Assembly (NCBI GenBank): GCA_963759875.1
Contig: CAVXBB010000016.1
Coordinates: 745,579-809,578 of the forward strand
Origin: an uncultured Acidobacteriaceae bacterium
GTDB taxonomy: Bacteria; Acidobacteriota; Terriglobia; Terriglobales; Acidobacteriaceae
Direction: 5' to 3'
DNA length: 64,000 bases
Position 1 is the first letter of the stretch, and each line of letters opens with the position of its first letter. Below are positions 11,911-19,390 of this stretch, in pieces. Both the position numbers and the translations under genes were made by a program. The notes under the pieces are model-generated. The model saw nothing but the letters and a program-made list of their open reading frames with translations, was not told where the DNA came from and did not search any database.

Positions 11911-12818
11911 AACTCTCAACTTCAAGAATACAGGGTGTCATCCTGAGTGGGCTTCAGCCCGCGAAGGATCTATGCATTTGGGCGCTGGCAATTTTTTTCA
12001 TCGCTCTCCCATTCCTTCCTGCCCATGCCCAAACTCCCACGTCGTCCTCCGCAGTCCAGAGTCCCGACCCACAAACGTCCGCCGCACCCGCTCCAGAAGC
12101 TCAGACCAAACCTCTCGGCAGCTACGTTGAAACGGGCGGCAATTATCTGACGCTCACTAACGGCTTCGGATATTGGGCTGGAGCATACACTCGGCTGGCT
12201 TACCAACGTGGCAACGATGTGTGGAGCAGCGAACTGAACGTGCAACATGAATTCGGCGACGCTGGCGCTTACTTCGCCATCGGCGATACTCACACCATCA
12301 CTCCCGACTGGTACGCATCACTCACCTTCGGGTCCAGTGCCGGTGGTTTCTTCTGGCCTCGTTACCGCACCGACGCATTCCTCAACAAAAAATGGTTGCC
12401 GCGCAAGCAATTCATCACTACGGCCGGGTTCAGCTACTACGCCGCCAAAGATGTTCACCGCGATCGCATGTTCTATCTCGGCAGCACTTACTATTTCGAA
12501 AAACCGTGGATCGTCGAAGAAGGCATGTACTTCAACGTCGGCAGTCCCGGGGCAATATTTGCTCCCGCAGGGTTTGTTGCCGTCACTCAGGGCCGCGCTC
12601 ATCACCAATTCATCGTTGTCCGCGCTGGTTTCGGTGAGGAGGCCTATCAACTCATCGGTCCCACCGTGACCCTGACCCAGTTCCAAAGCCAGGCGCTCAC
12701 TGTCACCTGGCGCAAGTGGATGGGCAACAATTGGGGATTCAATTTCGTCAGCGACTACTATCACAACCCGTTCTACAACCGGGGCGGAAGCAGCCTCGGC
12801 TTCTTTAAGGAATTTTGA
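11907..12818 (+). CDS. outer-membrane beta-barrel protein (YaiO-like)
   Basis: 303-aa ORF whose start overlaps the previous stop (ATGA). Has signal sequence ...ALPFLPAHAQ, an alternating beta-strand pattern, and a terminal ...LGFFKEF. Confidence 0.7.
   Translation: MKLSTSRIQGVILSGLQPAKDLCIWALAIFFIALPFLPAHAQTPTSSSAVQSPDPQTSAAPAPEAQTKPLGSYVETGGNYLTLTNGFGYWAGAYTRLAYQRGNDVWSSELNVQHEFGDAGAYFAIGDTHTITPDWYASLTFGSSAGGFFWPRYRTDAFLNKKWLPRKQFITTAGFSYYAAKDVHRDRMFYLGSTYYFEKPWIVEEGMYFNVGSPGAIFAPAGFVAVTQGRAHHQFIVVRAGFGEEAYQLIGPTVTLTQFQSQALTVTWRKWMGNNWGFNFVSDYYHNPFYNRGGSSLGFFKEF
11937..11984 (+). repeat. REP-like element family 1 inside the 5' end of the porin ORF
   Basis: GTCATCCTGAGTGGGCTTCAGCCCGCGAAGGATCTATGCATTTGGG, read in frame as VILSGLQPAKDLCIW. 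Confidence 0.6.
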
Positions 12819-12821
12819 AAA

Positions 12822-13619
12822 ATGCGTCCCGCCACCGCCATCACCTTACCCGATCCGCTCCGCTCTCTCGGACATCGCGGCGGCGTCATTTCAATGCATC
12901 GCGCGCTCGCACATTTTCACCTCGGTCCCATGAACCTGGCGATCTCCGTTTCTCTATTTCTGTTTTTCTCTTCGATTTGGCTGGTCTTGCTCCCTCACGT
13001 TTGCCGCTTCTGGAGCCGCATTTTGTTTTGGAGTGTTCCGCGCCTGCCGCTCCAGGCAAGTCTTGGCATCAGTGAACGTCATTTGAGCTTCTTCCGGTTG
13101 CAGATTCCATACCTCCGTGTCGAATCTTTATTGCCCGATCCGAAAACCTGGCTACTCACCTGCGCCTTCGCGATGGTCCTGTTCGCACTCACATACCTTC
13201 TTCCCCGCTCGCTCATGCCAGTTGTTTATCTGGTGCGTGCCATCCTCGCGATTCAAGCCAGTGCCTTGCTTTACTTTGCGCTTTGGCCGCTGCACTTCAA
13301 ACATACGCCCGACAGCTACATGGCAGGTCTGGTGAGCTCCGGCATTGGCCTCATCTCTGTCGTCCCGCTTCTTTTCGCACTCACTTATTACATCTTCGAC
13401 TTTGGTCTTTGGAAAAAAGCGTTGCTGACCATGCTCACCATGACTTATCTCATCATGTTTCTGCCCTTTCAGGTCCTGCTTCAGGCCTTGATTCTGCAGG
13501 GCAGCCTTCTGTTCATGCCCGTGCTCTATATCGTCTTCGGCATGGCGCTCGATGTCATGTTGATCATCGCGTTCTACTCCTGGGGCATGACTTGGCCCTT
13601 CCGCTCCGAATCTCACTAG
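12822..13619 (+). CDS. polytopic membrane protein, last gene of the EPS-type operon
   Basis: 265-aa ORF beginning 4 nt after the porin gene, with 6-7 predicted TM helices. No family recognised. Confidence 0.6.
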   Translation: MRPATAITLPDPLRSLGHRGGVISMHRALAHFHLGPMNLAISVSLFLFFSSIWLVLLPHVCRFWSRILFWSVPRLPLQASLGISERHLSFFRLQIPYLRVESLLPDPKTWLLTCAFAMVLFALTYLLPRSLMPVVYLVRAILAIQASALLYFALWPLHFKHTPDSYMAGLVSSGIGLISVVPLLFALTYYIFDFGLWKKALLTMLTMTYLIMFLPFQVLLQALILQGSLLFMPVLYIVFGMALDVMLIIAFYSWGMTWPFRSESH

Positions 13620-13640
13620 CACCGCGGGTGAGGGTGCGCG

Positions 13641-13686
13641 GGTGCCCCATCCTTACAGAACGTCTTTTGCGATGTTAGGGTGGGGA
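13641..13686 (+). repeat. REP-like element family 2
   Basis: GGTGCCCCATCCTTACAGAACGTCTTTTGCGATGTTAGGGTGGGGA. Paralogous to 13829-13869. Confidence 0.6.
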
Positions 13687-13828
13687 TTTTTCTTCTGAAG
13701 GTGCTCCCCCAGGCCGTTTTTGCTTGGGTGGGATTCCCCTGACCTCAAATTTATGTCATCCCGCCAAGCCTTGGATTGGCTTCGCCCATCAGAGGCGCGT
13801 GGAGGGACCCGCTTTTCTTTTTTTTTCG

Positions 13829-13869
13829 GGTGCCCATCCTCGCGTGTTTCGCAATGTCAGGGTGGGGAA
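13829..13869 (+). repeat. REP-like element family 2
   Basis: GGTGCCCATCCTCGCGTGTTTCGCAATGTCAGGGTGGGGAA. Confidence 0.6.
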
Positions 13870-14041
13870 TGTTTTACGCACCCAGTCACCCAACTCTTCT
13901 TTAAAGGCGAACACCGGAGCGCGATCCCCAATCCTCTGAACTGGCAATCCCATCGTTCGCTAGCGCTCCAGCGTCCAAATTCCTGCAGATGAACAGCGTC
14001 CAGAGCACCCGAAATTGATAAACTGATGTCAATATCATTGA

Positions 14042-14118
14042 GGGCGCGTAGCTCAAACGGACAGAGCATCGGATTTCTAATCCGAGGGTTGCAGGTTCAA
14101 TTCCTGCCGCGCCTACCA
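14042..14118 (+). tRNA. tRNA-Arg (anticodon UCU), CCA encoded
   Basis: Hand-folded cloverleaf: acceptor GGGCGCG/CGCGCCT, D arm GCTC..GAGC, anticodon arm TCGGA-TTTCTAA-TCCGA (TCT), variable loop GGGTT, T arm GCAGG-TTCAATT-CCTGC, discriminator A, then CCA. Confidence 0.92.
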
Positions 14119-14425
14119 ACCTTTTCTACAGCTTAGGGGCCAATCTCAGTCTGAGTCATTGCAAGTTTATTGCAAGTTCGGCCAAAACAATGATTCATCA
14201 AACACAAGTGATCGCTCGTGTCACCAGAATAGCGATCCAACAAATTCGTCGCTTGCTATCGTAGTTGACTCCTAGCTTCAGCACACAAGTCGCCCACAGC
14301 GCGATGATTTCCTGCGGCGACAATTGACGAAATGAGCTGCCGACAGTCAGCCCCTAACGATGGGTAGAGATATTTGTAGCTGTCCCGAACTCAGCAGCCA
14401 TTGAGCCTGGCCTCGAGCACTCACG

Positions 14426-16669
14426 TCATGTGAAATAACGAAACCGGGCATTTATCTTCTTGTCAGTCGAGACGTGTTTCAAAATGTCTCCTACACGGCG
14501 GGCGGCCCGCACCGTTATAGGGTCACCCGAATCGAACTGAGTATTGTTGAAATTGAGCTTTGATAAGCCGACGAGTTCGCGGGCGAGGTCGGCGGCGCTG
14601 GTCTCACCATCCTCGCGCACAAATTCCAATGCTCGGGGTATGTAGGCGCCAGGGTAGACTTGGAAGTATGGAACGGTGCCCTTCAAGTACACGATTCCGG
14701 ACTTCCCGTCGAACAACATCGCGGTGCCGCGAACCATGGGCGAATCACCGGCGCGTAAGATACGAGCCCCTGATCGTCGCACGCTCACCAAATCGAGAAA
14801 TTCCAGTTTCTCGTCCTCCGCAGCCCGTTTGAATCCATCCTTTTCGTTAGCATTGAAGTAGGAGGTCTTGTGAAGGACGAGCCGAGCAGGCATGGTCTTA
14901 TGCTCGCGCCGATAGGTTGCCAGACCGTTCGCGAGCAACTCTTGCGCGTTCTCTTCGGACAAATGAGGGCTGCGGTCGGCTTTGTCGTAACTCGCACTCC
15001 CGCCCTGCACGATCAACCCCTCCCCGCGGTCGTCAAAAACTTGGGCCACGCTGGTCATGAGCTTGTCACCAGCCAGACTCCGGAAAAAGCTCACGCCTAC
15101 ATAGCATGTTGTTAGCACTGCAGGCTGTCGAGCAAGACGCCAAGGCACGCCTCCCGCCTTATAGTAAAGCGCCGTGTGGAAATTCCAGGCGGTCGTCGCC
15201 TTATCCTGCAAGCGCCTAGCGCGCATGCGCCCCGTCGATGCCGAGCCATACGTATCGGGCCGCGACAACTGACATGGCAGCTGGAGATCGATCGCCCGAG
15301 CTTTGAAGAGATCGTGAAAACTTAGCGTGGAAGGCGGCGATGTCGGCTGTTCCGGAGCAGGCTCTTGTAGTTCATCGATCGGAGGATCGGGCATCAGAGG
15401 GGCTTGCGGGGTGTCTCCTAACGCGAAAACCTCCGGAGGGGGTGCCACGACCAGTACATGGAGCCCAGTCTTTCCTGCGAGGTCGCGGGCGTGGTCCATA
15501 AAGGCGCCAACGATGTGCTCTAGTGGATCAGACCTGGCGAGTGCCGCCAAGAGTTCGTGACGCGTGATGGTACGCGTCGCCGCGTCTGACAACTCTAAGG
15601 AAGTTCCAAATACCTCTGGTGTCATACCTGGAAAAGGCGGCCGGAGCGCCTTCAGCTTCTGTTCGTCCGAAGTGACGCCGTGCTTGCACTGTTCCAACCA
15701 ATCGCGCATTCCGTCGACGGTGGCGGTTGTCCCGATCACACCGATTCGAATCGGGACGGGAATCCCGGTGCTTCCTTTGTCGAAGGCGCCAAAGGTCGAA
15801 AGACCAGCACGGATATCGATGTGCAATTTGTTCTGGTGGAACGCGAGCTGGGGCTCCTCTATGATTTGCAGCTTCATCCCTCGAGCTCCTTGTCTCTCGA
15901 CGGCAGCAGTGAGGGCGCGTCCAGCGCGGTCAGAGAGTTCTCGTCCACACAGGATGCGAACCGAAACGAAAACTAGGGGCGCGAACTCAAGCAGCCGCGA
16001 GCGATCCGCCCAAGTCCATGGCGCCCTAAGCGCCGCTTGCCATAGCAGTAGTTGACTCAACACCGAGCGGTTCCGCTCGAAGCGCTTGATTCCGGAAAGA
16101 CGATTTTCGTGATATCGCTCCAAGTCCATTCCATTCCGTGTGAAGCGATACGTCGGCGTAATCTCCAAATACCATTGGCCTCCCAGGAAGCGAAACCGCC
16201 CCTGAAACGCATTGTGACGTAGGTACTTATAAGGTTTTCCGCTCTTCGCCTTGTGCTCGTAGTGGGAAACAACCGTAGCGGTGCTACGGAGCTTGACGTT
16301 CGCGTATTTGAGGCGTCGAGGTAGTTCGTCCGGTCTACCCATGAAGGCATACACATCCTGGTCTTTGTGATATCGAATGCCCTGTGCCCAGAGATCTTCG
16401 CGCAATGAAGCGTTCAGCAGGTGCACAAATAACCGGCGCTTGTTCTCGTCATCTGAAATCGCCCACTCCTGTGCGTTGAATCGCTCCAAGCCGCCAACAT
16501 CGACAATCTTTCTCAGTTGCGAGTGCTCGGGATCGACAAAGCTGTACAGATTGCTGTCATGTAGCGTCCACGCTCCCGGGATGTAGACGGTGGACTTACC
16601 TGACGCGCCTCGTCTGAGCAGAAACCAAGAGTGCTTTACTGTCTTGCTCAACGCTGGGCCAATGTACAA
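14426..16669 (-). CDS. catalytically inactive short prokaryotic Argonaute (MID-PIWI) with fused APAZ-like N-terminal region
   Basis: 747-aa ORF with a TTG start. PIWI landmarks are WNFHTALYYKAGGVPWRLA, YVGVSFF and LVLHKTSYF (S and K where active Agos have Asp). Residues 265 onward begin MKLQIIEEPQLAFHQNKLHIDIRAGLSTFGAFD, as stand-alone short pAgos do. Residues 1-264 are an extra module. Confidence 0.75.
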   Translation of the reverse strand: MYIGPALSKTVKHSWFLLRRGASGKSTVYIPGAWTLHDSNLYSFVDPEHSQLRKIVDVGGLERFNAQEWAISDDENKRRLFVHLLNASLREDLWAQGIRYHKDQDVYAFMGRPDELPRRLKYANVKLRSTATVVSHYEHKAKSGKPYKYLRHNAFQGRFRFLGGQWYLEITPTYRFTRNGMDLERYHENRLSGIKRFERNRSVLSQLLLWQAALRAPWTWADRSRLLEFAPLVFVSVRILCGRELSDRAGRALTAAVERQGARGMKLQIIEEPQLAFHQNKLHIDIRAGLSTFGAFDKGSTGIPVPIRIGVIGTTATVDGMRDWLEQCKHGVTSDEQKLKALRPPFPGMTPEVFGTSLELSDAATRTITRHELLAALARSDPLEHIVGAFMDHARDLAGKTGLHVLVVAPPPEVFALGDTPQAPLMPDPPIDELQEPAPEQPTSPPSTLSFHDLFKARAIDLQLPCQLSRPDTYGSASTGRMRARRLQDKATTAWNFHTALYYKAGGVPWRLARQPAVLTTCYVGVSFFRSLAGDKLMTSVAQVFDDRGEGLIVQGGSASYDKADRSPHLSEENAQELLANGLATYRREHKTMPARLVLHKTSYFNANEKDGFKRAAEDEKLEFLDLVSVRRSGARILRAGDSPMVRGTAMLFDGKSGIVYLKGTVPYFQVYPGAYIPRALEFVREDGETSAADLARELVGLSKLNFNNTQFDSGDPITVRAARRVGDILKHVSTDKKINARFRYFT

Positions 16670-16673
16670 GGTG

Positions 16674-16976
16674 TCAGGAATGCCTTAACGGAATGAGATT
16701 GGCAAAGCCCTCCTCCACCTCCTCTGTTCGCCGATCCGATCCTTCTTGGGATCCATCTTGATGTAGTGTCGGAACCGGGACGGCTTGTGGTTTCGACGAT
16801 TCGCGAATCGGGACCGGCCGAGTTCGAAGGTACCCTTTGGTAAATGCTGCGGCTGAGGCGCACGCGTACTTGGTCCAGGCATCCTGCCGCCTGAATCCAA
16901 CGATGTCGCTTAGGCCCCGAATCGACAACATTGGAGTTCTATCCCGAGTGGCTCGGTGAACGCCGGCTGACTCCAT
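16674..16976 (-). pseudogene. possible remnant of the effector (SIR2-like?) part of the Argonaute gene
   Basis: The ~300 bp above the pAgo ORF contain only broken frames. One reads ...PTLHQDGSQEGSDRRTEEVEEGFANLIPL and abuts the pAgo frame (GIPDTLYIGPALS...). The resemblance to a SIR2_2 C-terminal end is only at pattern level. Confidence 0.2.
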
Positions 16977-17386
16977 CTCGATCGCCGCCTCGGGACGGAA
17001 AAGTGCTGGCCATCAATCCGACAGTCGGAAGTTACGTTTCCGCACAAGGAGCGTACGACAGCTACACGGAAAGCATGACGCCCGTAATCGTTCTGGGCAG
17101 TTCCGAGAGCGAGTTAAACGTGCGCGCGTACGTGGATGAGATCCTCGTCTCTCATCTTCCCGCGCCTGACAAAATGAAGGCGCAAATGAGCGTTCGTGGG
17201 TCAAATGTGAAAGTCGACCTGGAGTACGTGCGCACACAGCCGATCATTTCACCCAAGATCGAACTTTCCAACCAGCGCCAAGAACGCGTGGACGTCCGCG
17301 TTCTCCCGATCATCTTCAAGGTCAAGCCGGTCAAGGGCGCCAATCTCTATCCCGGCCAATTGGTGGATGTCTACATCGGAGGCTGA
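16931..17386 (+). pseudogene. HlyD-type membrane-fusion protein, C-terminal ~130 codons only
   Basis: ...VLAINPTVGSYVSAQG...LNVRAYVDEILVSHL...PGQLVDVYIGG is the beta-barrel end of an efflux adaptor. The N-terminal two thirds are absent. It overlaps the next gene by 20 nt. Confidence 0.7.
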
Positions 17387-18794
17387 TATGCATCGCTCTA
17401 CAGATTTTGTGATTGCGCTCATCGTTGCGGTTGTCGCGCTCTGCTCTTTTGCAGTCGCAGGGAACAAAGAACGTCCCAGCGTGCAAACGCCACAGACGTT
17501 CAAGGAACTCGGTAATTGGAAGCCGAGCGAACCGGGCGATCAACTCAGTAAAGGAAAGTGGTGGGAGCGATTCAACGATCCGCAACTGAACCGATTGGAA
17601 GAGTCGCTCGGCATCTCTAATCAGAACATCGCGGCGGCGATCGCGAACGTCGAGGCCTCTCGTGCGATCGTACGCCAGTCGCGCTCGCAATATTTCCCGC
17701 TTGTGACGGCGGGTGCCTCCTTCACGCGTTCGCGGCAGCCGATAGGGCCGAGCGGCGCAACGGCGAGCACATACTCAGGCACACTCGATGCTTCCTGGGA
17801 GCCCGATGTGTTTGGCCGTGTAAGAAGCGCTGTGAAGGCCGGCAGGTATGGTGTCCAGGTGAGTCTTGCGGACTTGGAGAACGTGCGTCTGTCCGCGCAA
17901 GCGGATCTTGCAAACGATTACTTCCTAATGAGAGTGCAAGACAGTCTGCAGCAAATCCTCGACACGACAGTCAGCGCCTACCAAGATGCTCTGGATGTGG
18001 CTCGTGCTCGCTATGCTGCTGGACTCGATTCAGACGAATCGGTCGCGCAAGCCGAGACACAACTCGAAACTACGCGGGCTCAATCTGTAAACGCCGGTGT
18101 GCTGCGCGCCCAATACGAGCACGCAATCGCCGTACTGATCGGACAGCCGGCTTCCAGCTTCACGGTGGCGCCGCAAGTCATCGCGTTGAATCCCGCTGCC
18201 GTTCCCGTTGGTGTTCCATCGGAACTGCTGGAACGGCGTCCGGACATCGCAGCCGAGGAACGCGCCGTTATGCAAGCCAACGCTCAGGTTGGCTTGAGTA
18301 AGAAAGCTTTCTTTCCCACGCTCCTGCTGACTGTCAGCGGCGGATTCCAGGGCAATTCCATCTCAGACTGGTTCAACTGGCCGGATCGCGTTTGGTCCAT
18401 TGGTACGAGCCTCACGCAGACTATTTTCGATGGCGGGTCACGACGTGCGACGGTGCAGCAGGCACAAGCAGTGTACGAGGGAACTGTCGCCAATTATCGT
18501 CAGACCGTTCTCACAGCTTTCCAACAGGTGGAAGACAATCTCGCAGCCGTTCGCATCTTGTCCGACGTGATCCGTGAGCAGGACTCAGGAGTCGAATCGG
18601 CAAGAAGAACCCTTGGAGAAGCCGATGTTCGATATCGTTCCGGCATCGATCCATACCTGAACGTGATCACTGCTCAAACTGCTCTCCTGAATGCTCAAGA
18701 GGCGGCGTTGACGTTCCGGCAACAACAGATCACGGCAAGCGTGAATTTAGTTAAGGCCCTGGGCGGCGGATGGGACGAGTCTCAGCTCCATTGA
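17367..18794 (+). CDS. efflux transporter outer-membrane lipoprotein, NodT family
   Basis: 475-aa ORF with lipobox-like VALC, two outer-membrane-efflux repeats, and ...SVNLVKALGGGW near the C-terminus. Confidence 0.88.
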   Translation: MSTSEADMHRSTDFVIALIVAVVALCSFAVAGNKERPSVQTPQTFKELGNWKPSEPGDQLSKGKWWERFNDPQLNRLEESLGISNQNIAAAIANVEASRAIVRQSRSQYFPLVTAGASFTRSRQPIGPSGATASTYSGTLDASWEPDVFGRVRSAVKAGRYGVQVSLADLENVRLSAQADLANDYFLMRVQDSLQQILDTTVSAYQDALDVARARYAAGLDSDESVAQAETQLETTRAQSVNAGVLRAQYEHAIAVLIGQPASSFTVAPQVIALNPAAVPVGVPSELLERRPDIAAEERAVMQANAQVGLSKKAFFPTLLLTVSGGFQGNSISDWFNWPDRVWSIGTSLTQTIFDGGSRRATVQQAQAVYEGTVANYRQTVLTAFQQVEDNLAAVRILSDVIREQDSGVESARRTLGEADVRYRSGIDPYLNVITAQTALLNAQEAALTFRQQQITASVNLVKALGGGWDESQLH

Positions 18795-19390
18795 TGATGA
18801 CTTGCATTTGCTTTTCTCAGGAACGAGAAAAAGGAGAAGACGTGTGTAATAAGTTGCTCAATACGGCGAGGCTCGGATCTATATGCGTGCTGCTCATATG
18901 CTCCTCAGCTTTTGCGATGTCTCGACGCCTGCGGGCAGACAAGGAAGGGGCGGTTCGCGAACTGATTTCGAAGTGGATTGATGCCTATCAGCATCTCGAT
19001 GCCAAACAGGTTGCCAAACTCGAAACGCCGGATATGGAAACCGTAGACCGCTTCGGCGAGTTGCATGTGCCATCGGGACGAGATGAAAACGAAAGGCTCT
19101 GGTCAGATAGTTTCGAAGTAATTTCTGGAAATGCTGAGCACCCGGTTGTAACGATCGATCACATCCGACTCATTCGACCAGATGTTGCAATCGTGCAAAT
19201 CATTTGGAGATATCCGAATGGAATTCTGCTCGTGGATGGCGAGCGCCTTCCTCCTTTCTCGCAGACCGATACTTTTGTGGTGATCAAGTCACACGGAACG
19301 TGGTTGGTCGCAGCGCACAACATGCAGGAAAAGAAAGACAGCTCGACAAGGTCCAAGCCGGGTTGTGATGAACAGGTGAGCAAAAGATGA
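18770..19390 (+). CDS. secreted NTF2-like (SnoaL/DUF4440) protein
   Basis: Core AVRELISKWIDAYQHLDAKQV...VIKSHGTWLVAAHNMQ, with signal-like LGSICVLLICSSAFA. The true start is probably downstream of 18770. Confidence 0.6.
   Translation: MGRVSAPLMMTCICFSQEREKGEDVCNKLLNTARLGSICVLLICSSAFAMSRRLRADKEGAVRELISKWIDAYQHLDAKQVAKLETPDMETVDRFGELHVPSGRDENERLWSDSFEVISGNAEHPVVTIDHIRLIRPDVAIVQIIWRYPNGILLVDGERLPPFSQTDTFVVIKSHGTWLVAAHNMQEKKDSSTRSKPGCDEQVSKR

Noticed and set aside
14426-16669. Alternative reading of the 747-aa protein as a compact long-B type Argonaute (N-L1-PAZ-L2-MID-PIWI).
   Set aside because: The internal sequence at residue 265 looks like the canonical N-terminus of stand-alone short pAgos, and I see no PAZ-like segment. 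This is not excluded without profile searches, so it is listed as a refutation route.
14119-17000. Looked for a direct repeat of the tRNA-Arg 3' end (GGTTCAATTCCTGCCGCGCCTACCA) that would delimit an integrated island.
   Set aside because: No second copy was spotted in the window, and no integrase lies next to the tRNA. Island borders therefore cannot be defined from att duplication.
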